From: an uncultured Bacteroidales bacterium
GTDB lineage: Bacteria; Bacteroidota; Bacteroidia; Bacteroidales; UBA932
Direction: 5' to 3'
Length of the DNA: 64,000 nucleotides
Assembly: GCA_900318015.1 (NCBI GenBank)
Contig: ONJB01000006.1
Span: forward strand, 9,658 to 73,657
Shown: positions 44,346 through 55,500 of the stretch, one piece after another
How the letters are laid out: every line of letters starts with the position of its first letter
How positions within the stretch are numbered: the stretch's first letter is position 1
Notes under the pieces: generated by a model
Told to the model about the DNA's origin: nothing
Database searches by the model: none
Seen by the model: only the letters and a program-made list of their open reading frames with translations
Position numbers and translations under genes: made by a program

Positions 44346-46346
44346 TTACTCCAGGCCGCGGGCGCGGAGGAGCGCCGCCGGATCGGGATCGGCACCGCGG
44401 AACTGACGGAAGAGGGTCATCGGCTCTTCGGAACCGCCCTTCTCGAGGAAGGTCTGGCGGAAGGCCTTCGCCGTGGCGGGGTTGAAGACGCCGTCGGCCA
44501 CGAACTTCTCCCAGGCGTCCATATCCAGGACTTCGGCCCACAGATAGCTGTAATAGCCGGCGCTGTAGCCGCTGTTGAAGATGTGGTTGAAGTACGTCGT
44601 CCGGTAGCGCGGGATGATCTCGTCGATGAGGCCCATCTCGGCGCAGACCTTCGTCTCGAAGTCGCGGATGGACTGCGCGTCGGTGAACTTCTCCAGCTCC
44701 TCGGCCGTGAGTTCGTGCCACTTCATGTCCAGGATGGACGCGGCGCAGAGCTCGCCCGTGGTGAAGCCCATGTTGAACTTCAGGGAATTCCTGATCTTCT
44801 CCACCAGTTCGGCGGGGATAACCTCGCCGGTCCGGTAGTCATGGGCATAGACGGCGAGGATTTCGGGCACGAACGCCCAGTTCTCGTTGAACTGGGAGAA
44901 CGTTTCCACGAAGTCGCGGGTGACGGCGGTGCCCGAGACGCTCGGATAGCGGCACTTGGTCAGGAAACCGTGCAGGGCGTGGCCGAACTCGTGAAAAGCG
45001 GTCTGGACATTGTCGATGGAAAGCATCGACGGGGCGTCCTCCGTGGCGGGCGGGAAGTTGCACACGTTCACGATGACCGGACGGATATCGACGCCATCCT
45101 TCACGTACTGGTCACGGAAGTTGTTCATCCAGGCGCCGCCCCGCTTGGTGTCGCGGGAGAACCAGTCCTGGTAGAAGATGCCGAGGAGGGACCCGTCGGC
45201 GTCCGTGAGCTTATAGGCCTTCGTCACGTCGTTGTAGACCTCCACCTCGGGCGCGGGCTCGATGTGGATGCCATAGACCTTCTCCGCGGCGGCGAAGACG
45301 CCCTTGGAGACGCTGTCAGCCGTGAAATACGGCTTGGTGACAGACTCGTCCAGGTCGTACTTCTGCACGCGCACCTTTTCGGCATAGTAGAACCAGTCCC
45401 AAGGCTCGATCTTGTGGCCGGCGACGGCCTCCATGTCGGCGAGCTCTTCCTTCGCCTTGCGCATGGACGCGTCCATGATGGGCTTCAGGAAGGCGTCCAC
45501 CGTCTCCGGGTTGCCGGCCATCTTGTCGGCCAGGAGATACTCCGCGGAGGTGTTGTAGCCCAGCAGCTTCGCCTTCTCCGTCCGGAGCTTCATGATCTCC
45601 AGGACGATGGCGTTGTTGTCGTGCTCGTCGCCGTGGTTGCCGCGGCTGGAGTAGGCCTTGAAGGCCTTCTCGCGCAGGGCGCGGTCCTCGCAGGTCGTCA
45701 TAAAGTCCGGGTAGGCGGACACGGTCACGCCGATGGCGTCGCGGAAGGCGTTGTTCTCCGCCAGGAGGTTCTGGCCGAACTTCTGGCTGAGGACGGCGAG
45801 GCGGGTGTTGATCTCCGCGAAGCGGGCCTTGGCCTCCCCTTCCAGACCGACCCCGTTGCGGACGAAGCGGTCATAGAGCTTCTTGGTGACCATCTGCTGC
45901 TCGCGGTCCAGGCCGTCCATGTGCTCGTACACGGCCTTCACCCGGGCGAAGAGGCCCTCGTCCATGTAGATGGCGTTGGAGGCCTCCGTGATGATCGGCG
46001 TGAGTTCCTCCTCGATCTGCTGGATCTCGGGGGTGGAGTCCGACTCGGAGAGGTTGAAGAAAACGCCGGAAGCCTTCGAAAGAAGGTCTCCAGAGAGCTC
46101 GTAGGCCGCGATCGTGTTCTCGAACGTGGGAGCGTCCGGATTCTCGACGATGGCGCGGATTTCGGCCTTCTGGGCCTCGATGCCGGCCAGGATGGCGGGC
46201 TTGTAGTCCGCTACCGTGATCTTGCTGAAGGGCGCCGTTCCGTACGGAGTGTTCCACTCCTCGCTGAAAATCTTTCCGGCCTTCGGGCCGCAGGCGGTCA
46301 TCGTCAATGCCATCGCTGCAAACAACAGGATTCTTTTGTTCATCAT
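44346..46346 (-). CDS. M3 family metallopeptidase (peptidyl-dipeptidase Dcp-like), lipoprotein
   Basis: Lipobox LTMTAC; PWDWFYYAEK, KRGGAWM, FHEFGHALHG (HExxH), DFVE, GYSAGYYSYLWAE and LEKGGS. Confidence 0.92.
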   Translation of the reverse strand: MMNKRILLFAAMALTMTACGPKAGKIFSEEWNTPYGTAPFSKITVADYKPAILAGIEAQKAEIRAIVENPDAPTFENTIAAYELSGDLLSKASGVFFNLSESDSTPEIQQIEEELTPIITEASNAIYMDEGLFARVKAVYEHMDGLDREQQMVTKKLYDRFVRNGVGLEGEAKARFAEINTRLAVLSQKFGQNLLAENNAFRDAIGVTVSAYPDFMTTCEDRALREKAFKAYSSRGNHGDEHDNNAIVLEIMKLRTEKAKLLGYNTSAEYLLADKMAGNPETVDAFLKPIMDASMRKAKEELADMEAVAGHKIEPWDWFYYAEKVRVQKYDLDESVTKPYFTADSVSKGVFAAAEKVYGIHIEPAPEVEVYNDVTKAYKLTDADGSLLGIFYQDWFSRDTKRGGAWMNNFRDQYVKDGVDIRPVIVNVCNFPPATEDAPSMLSIDNVQTAFHEFGHALHGFLTKCRYPSVSGTAVTRDFVETFSQFNENWAFVPEILAVYAHDYRTGEVIPAELVEKIRNSLKFNMGFTTGELCAASILDMKWHELTAEELEKFTDAQSIRDFETKVCAEMGLIDEIIPRYRTTYFNHIFNSGYSAGYYSYLWAEVLDMDAWEKFVADGVFNPATAKAFRQTFLEKGGSEEPMTLFRQFRGADPDPAALLRARGLE

Positions 46347-47434
46347 TTCAGGATCTTAACACTGTTTTCATCGACCAGCGCCAGCTGCACGGCCCCGCTG
46401 TACACGGTGACGATGCCGGTCGCCGAAATCGGAACGCCGTCCTGGGCGTTCAGGTCGCCGATGACGTCCGGGTCGATCTCCGTATCCGCGAACTTGGCGA
46501 AGCCGCTGGTGCGGATCTGGACCGGGAGGCCCTGGGGCAGGTGGAAATAGTGGCTGGTCGTGACGGCGGTCGCATTCGCGCGGATGCTCTCCTTCACCGT
46601 CAGGCCCGTCATCTCGTCGAAGACATCGTCCATTCCCTTGTCGGAGGTGCCGCAACGGTCGAAACAACCGGCGTCCAGATACTCCAGGAACTTGTTCTTG
46701 GACATGGCCCAGGTGGTCACGCCATACGTCTCGGAAGAGCAGAAAACGCGGTTGGTCGAGGACTTCTTGTCCTTGTAGGGATCCACGTACAGGAGGATGA
46801 AGATGCGCTTGAAGTGGTCGGAAGCATAACTGCCGGCCGCACCGTACCGGAGGTCGGTGATGGTCACCAGCTGCCCCCAAAGAGGATTGGTGTAGCCTTC
46901 CTTGAGGGCTTCCTGGAGCTGGGCCTCCGTGACCGAGAGCGGCGGGACCGGATCGCCGAAGGCGCCCCGGATCACATGGGCGTCGATCAGGTAGCGGTTG
47001 TCCAGGTAGGCGGTCTCGTATTCCCCGGTCTGGTCTTCCACGCCCAGCTGGGGCATCCCGTTGTACTGGCCGATCGTGAGACCGCCGCACCGGACATAGA
47101 TCGTCTGGCCCAGTTTGTAGTCACTGTACAGGGAGGACAGGCCGATCTTGACGCTGATGACGCCCGTCTCGTCCTGGATGTACAGTTCGCGGTAGATATT
47201 GCCGGAATGGTCGTCGGAGATGACCTTGCCCTTGATCACCATGTCGTCGTCCTGGATCTTGAGGACGCCGTGCTTGGCATAGAGGGCCTTGAGTTCGGCA
47301 ATCGTGGCGGTAGGCGTCAGTTCGGCCGCCTTATACATGTCCACATCTCCGTTCTTCAGGGTGAACACCGGCTCCCACTCCTCGCAGGAAGCGAGGGCGA
47401 GCGCGGCGGCAAGGATCACTAATGCTCTTTTCAT
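46343..47434 (-). CDS. DUF5689-like OB-fold lipoprotein
   Basis: Lipobox LASC; ATIAELK...IKGKVISDDHSGNIYRELYIQDETG...LYSDYKLGQTIYV pattern. Confidence 0.72.
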   Translation of the reverse strand: MKRALVILAAALALASCEEWEPVFTLKNGDVDMYKAAELTPTATIAELKALYAKHGVLKIQDDDMVIKGKVISDDHSGNIYRELYIQDETGVISVKIGLSSLYSDYKLGQTIYVRCGGLTIGQYNGMPQLGVEDQTGEYETAYLDNRYLIDAHVIRGAFGDPVPPLSVTEAQLQEALKEGYTNPLWGQLVTITDLRYGAAGSYASDHFKRIFILLYVDPYKDKKSSTNRVFCSSETYGVTTWAMSKNKFLEYLDAGCFDRCGTSDKGMDDVFDEMTGLTVKESIRANATAVTTSHYFHLPQGLPVQIRTSGFAKFADTEIDPDVIGDLNAQDGVPISATGIVTVYSGAVQLALVDENSVKILK

Positions 47435-47437
47435 GGC

Positions 47438-50332
47438 CTAGAAACGGAAATAGATGTTCAACATGTAATTGAAACCGCTCATGTAGAAGTACTTCGAGTC
47501 GAAGCGGTAGAACATCTGCTTCGCCACGGTGTTCTTCACGATGCGGGTCTGCTCGTAACCACCGGTCTTCACCCAGGTGTTGTTCAGCAGGTTCTTCGCA
47601 TTCAGCGAGAAGCCCAGCTGGTACTTGCGCTGGATGTACCAGGACTTGCCCACGGAGAGGTTGAGGAGCCAGGAAGGATCGAACTTCTCCTGGGAGCACA
47701 TGTACGAGACCTCGAAGGGGGTCACCTCCTTGTCCGGACCCGCGGTGGCGTAGTCCGTGCGGTAGAGCGGATTCATCGACAGGTAGGAATGACCGAAGTA
47801 GTCGATGTCCGCGTCCACGAACCAGTAGTTCCAGTTCCAGTTCAAGCCCAGGCTGACGGCCAGCTGCGGCGTGGATTCCACATAATGGCGGGCGATCGTA
47901 CCGTCCGGCTCGGGATGGCTCTTCCAGTACGGGACCGTGACGCCGTAGGTGCCTTCCACGATGGAGGCGTTGTTGTCGATGGTCTGGTACATCTTCGGGT
48001 TGGAGGTGTAGTAGTACTCACCGTAACCGATGACACCCTGGAGGGCGAGGTTCGGGATGTCGGTGGGGATCTTCCAACCCATCTCCATGCCCACGTGCCG
48101 CTCGTCGATGCCGGTCAGCGCAAAGTTGGTGAAGGAGTTCTGGCTGTCGTCATAGAAACTCATCACCTTGGCCTGGTCCATGATGTCGGTGTAGTAGCCC
48201 GTGATCCGGAAGTTGTAGCCGTTGGAGGACACCTGGTAGTTGATGTCGCCGGTGAGGGTCTTCACGGTCGTCAGCTCCGGAGCCAGCTGGTTGCGCGTAC
48301 GCGGGGACATGAACGACTGGCTGAAATTGGGCGCGTCGTTGAAGTAGCCCGCATTGGCATAGAACCGGTGACCGCCGGGAAGGACGTAGTTGAGGTTCAC
48401 CTTGCCGGCGTAGGTCAGGAAACGCGCCACCTTGGACTTGCCGTAGGACGTGATGGGCTCGCCGTTCTCGTCATAGGTGGTCACGACCCGGCCGTCGATG
48501 ACCATCGGCTTCCCGTCTTTGTCCAGGCCCGGGAACAGGCCCTTGCGATTGAGACCGTGCCGCCAGAAGGCGGTCTGTCCCACGCGGCCGCCGACGGCCA
48601 TCTCGAAGTTGCCGATGTTCAGCTTGCCGGACAGCCAGCCGTTCCACTTGCGGACGTTCGCATAGTAGTCATACCCGTACTTGTCCCCGACATGGATCTT
48701 CTGCACCCGGCCGTTCGCCAGCCAGTAATCCAGGTCGTTCTGGGTCATGTAGGGGAAGGCGGCGTAGTCGCGCTCGGCGAAGGAGTCCATGTTGTAGAAG
48801 TAATCGCCGCCGAGGAGGTCGTCCATCCGCTGGTAGTACTCGGTCCGGTTCACCTTCGCGTCGGCGCCGCCGGTCAGGGTGAAGGTCCGGACCGGACGCC
48901 ACTTGAAGTTGAACGCGAAGTTCAGGTCCTGCTGGTCCGTGCGGCGTTCCTGCACGGCATACTTGGACCGGCGGGCGCCATCCTCGACGTTCATCTTGTT
49001 CACGGCGTAGAGGCGGTCCCAGTCGATGTGGGCGTACTGCGGCAGGTCCTTCCGCCAGACTTCCTCGGCCCAGGCGGCCTTCATGCCGTTCAGACGGTTG
49101 TAGTCGTCCTCTTCCATGAAGTAGTAGCTCGGGAGGTTCCGGTAATAGTCCGGACGCGGATCCTGGGCGTCATACCAGTCGAGGGCGGTGTAACCGTTCT
49201 TGCCGAAGCGGTACAGGACCGTCGCGGCGGCGTTGAAGGCGTGGCTCGGGGTGAAGTCGTACTTGAGGATGGCGATGGGTTCGTGCGTCTTGCGGACGCG
49301 GGCATTGCGCACCTTGCCGTTCTGGTAACCCCAGTTGGAGTTGTACATGTTGTCGCCTATGAGGTCGTACACCTCCTGGGTGGACGAGTTCGCGGCTCCG
49401 CGTTCGCCGGGCGTGCCCATGATGACGGCGCCAATCTTGTGCGCGTCATTGAACTGCTTCTCGACCGCGGCGTAGTACGCGAAGGAACGGTAGTACACAC
49501 CCTTCACCCAGTCGTTGCCGCCCAGACGGGCCGACACGTTGAACGCATAGGACCAGCCGTCGTCCCGGGGACCGGAGGCGTAGGTCAGCATCAGGCGCAG
49601 CCGGTACAGCTGGCTGTTGGTGAGCACGCTCCCCCGCCATCCCTTGCGGACGGACAGGGCGTTGACGGGAAGGTTCGTCAGGCCGTTGTAGCCGCCGATG
49701 CCGTAGTCGGAGATTTCGGCGCCGTTGACGGTGTACTTAGTGCGGGTGGCTTCGTTGAGGCCGCTCCACAGCGAGAACGGGGAATACCCGGTGATGGCGT
49801 CGTTCATCTTGACGCCGGCCAGGTACACGTCCTGCGACTCGGAGGAGTAGCCGCGCACGCGGTAGCGGACCGCACTGAAGTTGTAGCCCGCCATGTTGTT
49901 GAACACGTCGTTCTGGCCGAACAGGACGGTCGGGCTGTCACCGTAACCGGTGTCGTCCATGTCGAATTCCACGAGGTTGTCCACGTCCACCTCGCTGACG
50001 ACCGCGCCGCGGGTCAGGGAGAGGTTGAACATGTTCTTGACATACCCGTCGTTGACGGTGACGTTGACCCGCGTCTCCAGGTAGTCCGGAGCCTGGATCA
50101 CCAGGTCGTATATGCCGTTGTCCAGGTCTTCGATGAGGAAGCGGCCGTCGTCGCCGGAAGTCACCGTGGCCACTTCGGCCGTACCCTGGTACAGCACGAG
50201 GACCGCACCGGGGACCGGAGCCCGGTCGGTGCGGCTGACGACCGTACCGCGCACGCCGCCCGTGTACGTCTGAGCGGAAAGGCCCAGCGAGAGGAGGAGC
50301 GCGACGGCCGCCAAGGTTAGTTTCTTGATCAT
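47438..50332 (-). CDS. TonB-dependent outer-membrane receptor (non-SusC type) with N-terminal carboxypeptidase-regulatory-like domain
   Basis: Signal peptide GLSA-Q; N-terminal Ig-like domain; amphipathic beta strands; terminal YFRF. Confidence 0.82.
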   Translation of the reverse strand: MIKKLTLAAVALLLSLGLSAQTYTGGVRGTVVSRTDRAPVPGAVLVLYQGTAEVATVTSGDDGRFLIEDLDNGIYDLVIQAPDYLETRVNVTVNDGYVKNMFNLSLTRGAVVSEVDVDNLVEFDMDDTGYGDSPTVLFGQNDVFNNMAGYNFSAVRYRVRGYSSESQDVYLAGVKMNDAITGYSPFSLWSGLNEATRTKYTVNGAEISDYGIGGYNGLTNLPVNALSVRKGWRGSVLTNSQLYRLRLMLTYASGPRDDGWSYAFNVSARLGGNDWVKGVYYRSFAYYAAVEKQFNDAHKIGAVIMGTPGERGAANSSTQEVYDLIGDNMYNSNWGYQNGKVRNARVRKTHEPIAILKYDFTPSHAFNAAATVLYRFGKNGYTALDWYDAQDPRPDYYRNLPSYYFMEEDDYNRLNGMKAAWAEEVWRKDLPQYAHIDWDRLYAVNKMNVEDGARRSKYAVQERRTDQQDLNFAFNFKWRPVRTFTLTGGADAKVNRTEYYQRMDDLLGGDYFYNMDSFAERDYAAFPYMTQNDLDYWLANGRVQKIHVGDKYGYDYYANVRKWNGWLSGKLNIGNFEMAVGGRVGQTAFWRHGLNRKGLFPGLDKDGKPMVIDGRVVTTYDENGEPITSYGKSKVARFLTYAGKVNLNYVLPGGHRFYANAGYFNDAPNFSQSFMSPRTRNQLAPELTTVKTLTGDINYQVSSNGYNFRITGYYTDIMDQAKVMSFYDDSQNSFTNFALTGIDERHVGMEMGWKIPTDIPNLALQGVIGYGEYYYTSNPKMYQTIDNNASIVEGTYGVTVPYWKSHPEPDGTIARHYVESTPQLAVSLGLNWNWNYWFVDADIDYFGHSYLSMNPLYRTDYATAGPDKEVTPFEVSYMCSQEKFDPSWLLNLSVGKSWYIQRKYQLGFSLNAKNLLNNTWVKTGGYEQTRIVKNTVAKQMFYRFDSKYFYMSGFNYMLNIYFRF

Positions 50333-50338
50333 ATCCGG

Positions 50339-51409
50339 TTACTTGTTACTTACTACAATATAGGTCGGGAAGTGGTCGCTGTAGCCGCCCACGAAGGCGC
50401 CGTTCGAGAAGGTGCGCAGCGGCTGGCCGGCATACTGGCCTTCCTGCTGGACCATGAACGACGGGTTGAAGATGCGCGCGTAGTACTTCTTCTTCACAAT
50501 CGGCTGGATCTTCAGGGTGCCCTTCGGGGCGTTCACGAGGGCCTCGTTGACCACGAGGATGTCGTAGATGTTGTTCTCGCCCCGGTAGTACAGGGAGCTG
50601 TATCCTGCCTTGAGCATGGACACGAACGGGGAGAAGAAGTCCATCGGCCCCACCTCCTCGATCTTCTCACGGCCGTGCATCCACACGGCCATGCTGTCGT
50701 CGGTGGGGTTGTCGTTCATGTCGCCCATGGCCACGATCTTGATGCCGGGATACTCCTGCATCAGGCGGACGCTCTCTTCGTACATCATCTGGCCGCCGCG
50801 GGAACGCAGGGCGCCGCTCTTCTCGCCCAGGCGGGAAGGAAGGTGCGCGACCAGGAAGGCGAACATTTCGCCGCCCAGCATGCCGCGGACCATCAGGAGG
50901 TCACGGGTGCGGAAGGCGTCCTGCTCCTCCTTGGTCATCCCGAATTCGAGGGTGCTGTCGAAGTTGAACGGGATGGACTTGGACTCCAGCACGGTGAAGA
51001 GCTCCGGCCGGTACAGCAGGCCCACATCGACGCCGCGGCGGTCCGGACCGTCGTAGTGGACGATCTGGTAGTGCGCGTCGGCGATGGCCGGCTCCGCGAC
51101 GAGGTCCTCCAGCACGTGGCGGTTCTCGATCTCGGAGACGCCGAGGACGGCGTGGTAGGCCTTGTTCTCGTCCCGCATCGCCCGGATGACCCGGGCCATG
51201 TTGGCGAGTTTCTTCTGGTACTTGAATTCAGTCCATTCGTTCGCGCCGTCGGGAAGGTATTCGTAGTCGTTCTTCCCTTCGTCGTGATAGGTGTCGAACA
51301 GGTTCTCCAGGTTGTAGAACCCGATGACATAGTTCTTCTTTCCGCCCGACTGGGCGAAAGCCGGCGAAACCGCCAGCAGGAACGCAAGGATGGTTATGAA
51401 TCTTTTCAT
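50339..51409 (-). CDS. Secreted endonuclease/exonuclease/phosphatase (EEP) family protein
   Basis: FYNLENLFD, VSEIEN, DRRGVDVGLLY, AHLPSR, MGDMND and GGYSDHFP. Confidence 0.9.
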   Translation of the reverse strand: MKRFITILAFLLAVSPAFAQSGGKKNYVIGFYNLENLFDTYHDEGKNDYEYLPDGANEWTEFKYQKKLANMARVIRAMRDENKAYHAVLGVSEIENRHVLEDLVAEPAIADAHYQIVHYDGPDRRGVDVGLLYRPELFTVLESKSIPFNFDSTLEFGMTKEEQDAFRTRDLLMVRGMLGGEMFAFLVAHLPSRLGEKSGALRSRGGQMMYEESVRLMQEYPGIKIVAMGDMNDNPTDDSMAVWMHGREKIEEVGPMDFFSPFVSMLKAGYSSLYYRGENNIYDILVVNEALVNAPKGTLKIQPIVKKKYYARIFNPSFMVQQEGQYAGQPLRTFSNGAFVGGYSDHFPTYIVVSNK

Positions 51410-51421
51410 CGCTCGTTCGTT

Positions 51422-52582
51422 TTAATTCCACCACCAACTGACCGAATTCGGATTCTGCGTCTCCACGGCCGCGGCCGCGGCTTCACCGATGGCGGCGGGC
51501 AGGTTCACGAAGAAATTGACACCGGTCTTCTGTTCCAGGTCGCGGATGGACATCACGGAAGGATGGTTGCGCGAGACGGTCTCACTCGGGTTGTGGGTAT
51601 GTTCCAGATAGACGGCGCAGCCGCTGTAGCCGCCGTTCTCGGACGACGACTTGCTGTAGCGGAGCACTGCCTTGTAGTAAGCGGTCGGGATGGCGATGGA
51701 CTTGCCGTCGATATCCGTCGCATAGCTGACGGGGCCGTCCACCATGCAGCCGGTCACCACGTACAGGGTGTCGCACTTGCCGGCCCATCCACGGACCCGG
51801 TCTTCCAGGCGGGCCCAGATCTCCCCGTTGAAGTTGTAGTTCTGCGGGGTCATGTTGGTGCCGTAGAAGGTCTGGACGTTGGCGTTGTAGCTCAGGCGGT
51901 CGGCCGACGGGATCTGGTGTCCGCGCGCCCAGCCGCCCCGGTAGGCGCTGGTGATGATGGGCTGGCGGGAAGCCGGGATCAGCGGGTCGAGGCCCCAGGC
52001 ATCGGAGCGGGAGCCGCTGCCCCGGAGGGCATTGTTCAGCGGATAGGCCACCCAATGCGAGACCAGCTTGGAGTAATCCCAGTAGAAGGAGTAGTTGCGG
52101 CCCGAATAGTTTCCGACAGTCATGTTGTGCCAGAAGAAGTTCAGGCCGTCATCCGGCCGGGTCTCGGGCAGTTCCATCCAGCCCTTGCGGGTGGAGGAAC
52201 CGCCGTTGATCTCGGGTTCGGGATCTTCCGAGGGGGCACGCTGGTGCAGGGTGACCGTAAGGGTCTTCTCCTGCGCCTGGAGCCGGATGTCGGCCTGGCG
52301 GGCCCCCTCTCCGGTATTGGCATCATAGAGCAGCGCGACGGCCTTGCAGTTTCCCTGACCCTGGTTCGGGGTCACCTGGATCCAGTCCGCGTCGCACGTG
52401 ATGGTCCAGCTTCCCTGGGCATATACCTCCAGGAACTGGCTGCCTTTCCGGCTGGAAACGGCGTCACGGGCGAGCACGAAATCGGGGTCGGGAATGACGG
52501 GTTCCTCTTTGCAGGAGAAAAGCCCCAGCGAGAGGACCCCGAGCAGGACCGCGCCGAAAACGGTATGTAGTCTCGTTCGCAT
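51422..52582 (-). CDS. BACON domain + DNA/RNA non-specific endonuclease (NucA/EndA-type) lipoprotein
   Basis: Lipobox LFSC; BACON-like WTITCDADWIQVTPNQG...NTGEGARQA; RGHQIPSAD, TFYGTNMTPQ, NFNGEIWARLE and IPTAYYKA. Confidence 0.92.
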   Translation of the reverse strand: MRTRLHTVFGAVLLGVLSLGLFSCKEEPVIPDPDFVLARDAVSSRKGSQFLEVYAQGSWTITCDADWIQVTPNQGQGNCKAVALLYDANTGEGARQADIRLQAQEKTLTVTLHQRAPSEDPEPEINGGSSTRKGWMELPETRPDDGLNFFWHNMTVGNYSGRNYSFYWDYSKLVSHWVAYPLNNALRGSGSRSDAWGLDPLIPASRQPIITSAYRGGWARGHQIPSADRLSYNANVQTFYGTNMTPQNYNFNGEIWARLEDRVRGWAGKCDTLYVVTGCMVDGPVSYATDIDGKSIAIPTAYYKAVLRYSKSSSENGGYSGCAVYLEHTHNPSETVSRNHPSVMSIRDLEQKTGVNFFVNLPAAIGEAAAAAVETQNPNSVSWWWN

Positions 52583-52594
52583 AGTCACCCTGCC

Positions 52595-55500
52595 TTATTC
52601 GAATTCCACGGTGATCTTTTCCATACGGACCTGACCGTTGTTGGCGTGGAGGACCACCTTGGCGGCGGATCCGGTCCACGTGACGGTCAGGGCCTCCTTG
52701 TCGCAGGTCGCGGAAGCGCCGCCTTCAAGGCCTGCCATATCGAAACAGTAGGAGGACGAGCCGGCATTCGGCGCGCAGCCGATGACGATCTTCTTGATCT
52801 TCTTCCCGTCCGCCGGTTCGACGCAGAGGACGGCATTCTTGTAGATGCGGACGTGATTCTCGTTCGGAGCGACCGGCTTGTTGGAGGACGTATGCTTGTA
52901 GAAGCCGATCTTCAAGCCCTGGGCCGTGGTGGCGAAACCGTCGCCATAGGTGCCGTCCGTGGCTTCCGCCCAGGTCTGGGCGCTACTGTTCGTCGCGAAG
53001 GAGACGGAACTGCCGGAAGGCGTGTCACCACCGCCGCCACCCGGCGCGCTCTCCAGGGAATACAGGTACGCCTTGCCGGAAACGGTCTCGGGCGTGTTGC
53101 CCTTGTAGTTCATCAGCTTGCCGCAGATGACCACTTCGTCGCCGACCTTGATGTCGGTCTGTCCTTCCTCGAACTTCTTGTTCCCGAGATACAGGATGCG
53201 GAAGCAGTAGAACTCGTTCGTTTCCGTACCATCGTCGGAAATGTAGAAGGAAGCGTTGCCGTAAGAGCCGCCCTCGGTGAAGGTGCCCTTGTTGGCGATA
53301 CGGGAAATCTTGCCCTTCATATACACGTCGTCCGTGCTGTCGTACTCCGTATTGGAGGTCCAGGTCAGATCCTTCACGGCATCCAGCGCCTGGGCCACGG
53401 TGTACGGATTGTCGACGGTGCCTGCGGCCGGCGTGTCACCGCCGCCGCTGCCCGGCTCAGTCTTGCCGTTCAGCGAGTACAGGTAAGCCTTGCCGGAAAC
53501 GGTCTCGGGCGTGTTGCCCTTATAGTTCATCAGCTTACCGTAGACAATGACCTCGTCGCCCACCTTGATGTCGGTCTGGCCATCCTCGAACTTCTTGTTC
53601 TCGAGATACAGGATGCGGAAGCAGTAGAACTCGTTCGTTTCCGTACCGTCGTCAGAGATGTAGAAGGAAGCGTTGCCGTAGCTGCCGCCCTCGGTGAAGG
53701 TGCCCTTATTGGCAATCTTGGAGATCTTGCCCTTCATGTACACGTCTTCCGTGCTCTCATATTCCGTGTTGGAGGTCCAGGTCAGGTCCTTCACGGCAGC
53801 CAGCGCCTGGGCCACGGTGTACGGATTGTCGAGGGTGCCGCCGGAAGGTGTGTCGCTGCCGCCGCCGTCGGTCTTGCCGTTGAGCGAGTACAGCCAGTTC
53901 TCACCGGCCACCGTCTCCGGCGTCTTGCCCTGGTAGTTCATCAGGGAACCGTACACGATGACCTCGTCACCCACCTTGATGTCGGTGCCGGCGGTATACT
54001 TCTCCCCGTTGAAATACAGGCTGCGGAAGATGTAGAACTCACCGTTCTCCGTTCCGTCCGCCGAGATGTAGTAAGAGGCGTTGCCATAGGAACCGCCCTC
54101 GGTGTAGGTGCCCTTGTTGGCGATGCGGGAAATCTTGCCCTTCACGTATACCTTCTCCGTCTTCTGGTAGTCGGAGTTGCTGGTCCAGGTGAGGTCCTTC
54201 ACTGCCGCGGCCGCGCCGACCGCGGTATAAGGATCGTCCAGGGTGCCGGTCCCTTCGGTCGAAGGCGTACTGCCGCCGTTCTTGCTCTTCAGGTAGGCCG
54301 GCGTGTTGCCGCCCGCCTGCGGGGATCCGTTATGCTCCGAACGGAGGGTGATGATCGTGATGTTGTCCCCTTCCTTGATGTCCAGGGAGGCAAAAGACTT
54401 GTCGTTCTTCTCCACCTTCGTCGCGCAGAGGCCATACACGTACACCTTGCCGGAGTCATCGGTCAGGTCGAAGTTGCCGTAGGTCGTGTTCGCGATATTG
54501 GAAACCGTACCCGTGAGCTCGTACCACTGGGTCGTGGACACCGGCTCGGCCAGGTAGGCCGCGATGGTCATCGCCTTGATTTCGCCGCCGGGCGTATCTC
54601 CGCCGCCGCCACTGCCGTTCAGGGAATAGAGATAAGCCTTGCCGGCCACCGTCTCAGGCGTGTTGCCCTGATAGTTCATGAGCTGGCCATAGACAATCAC
54701 TTCGTCACCCACCTTGATGTCGGTCTGGCCGGCTTCGAACTTCTTGTTGTCCAGATACAGGATCCGGAAGCAATAGAACTCGTTGGCCTCCTTTCCGTCG
54801 TCGGAAATGTAGAACGAGGCATTGCCATAAGTGCCGCCTTCGGTGAAGGTGCCCTTGTTGGCGATGCGGGAAATCTTACCCTTGATATACACGTCTCCCG
54901 TGCTCTGGTACTCGGTGTTGGAGGTCCAGGTGAGGTCCTTCACCGCATTCGCCGCGCCGAGCGCGTTGTACGGATCGTCGAGGGTGCCGGTGCCCTTGGC
55001 TTCGCCGGTCGGTGTATCACCGCCACCGCCGCCTTCGCCCTCGCCGTTCAGCGAGTACAGGTAAGCCGCATTGGACACGGTCTCGGGCGTATTGCCGCGG
55101 TAGTTCATCAGTTCGCCGCAGATGACGACCTCGTCACCCACCTTGATGTCGGTTCCGGAGGTGTATTTCTTGTTGCCCAGGTACAGGATGCGGTAGGCGT
55201 AGAGCTCCGCGCCGTCTTCGCCGTCGTTGATGTAGAACGAGGCGTTGCCGAAGGTGCCGCTCTGTCCGAAGGTGCCGTTGTCGGCGATCCGGGAGATCTT
55301 GCCCTTCACATAGACGGTTCCGGTCTTTTCGTAGTTGTCGTTCGCGGTCCAGGTGAGGTCCTTCACCGCGGCCCGGGCCGCCGCCACGTTGTACGGGTCG
55401 GCCGCCGTGCCGGTGCCGGCGGGCGTGCCTTCATTGCCACCACCGCCGCCTTCGTCGGTGCCGCGGTTCACGCCGTTGTGCTCATACACGAAGGCGGTTC

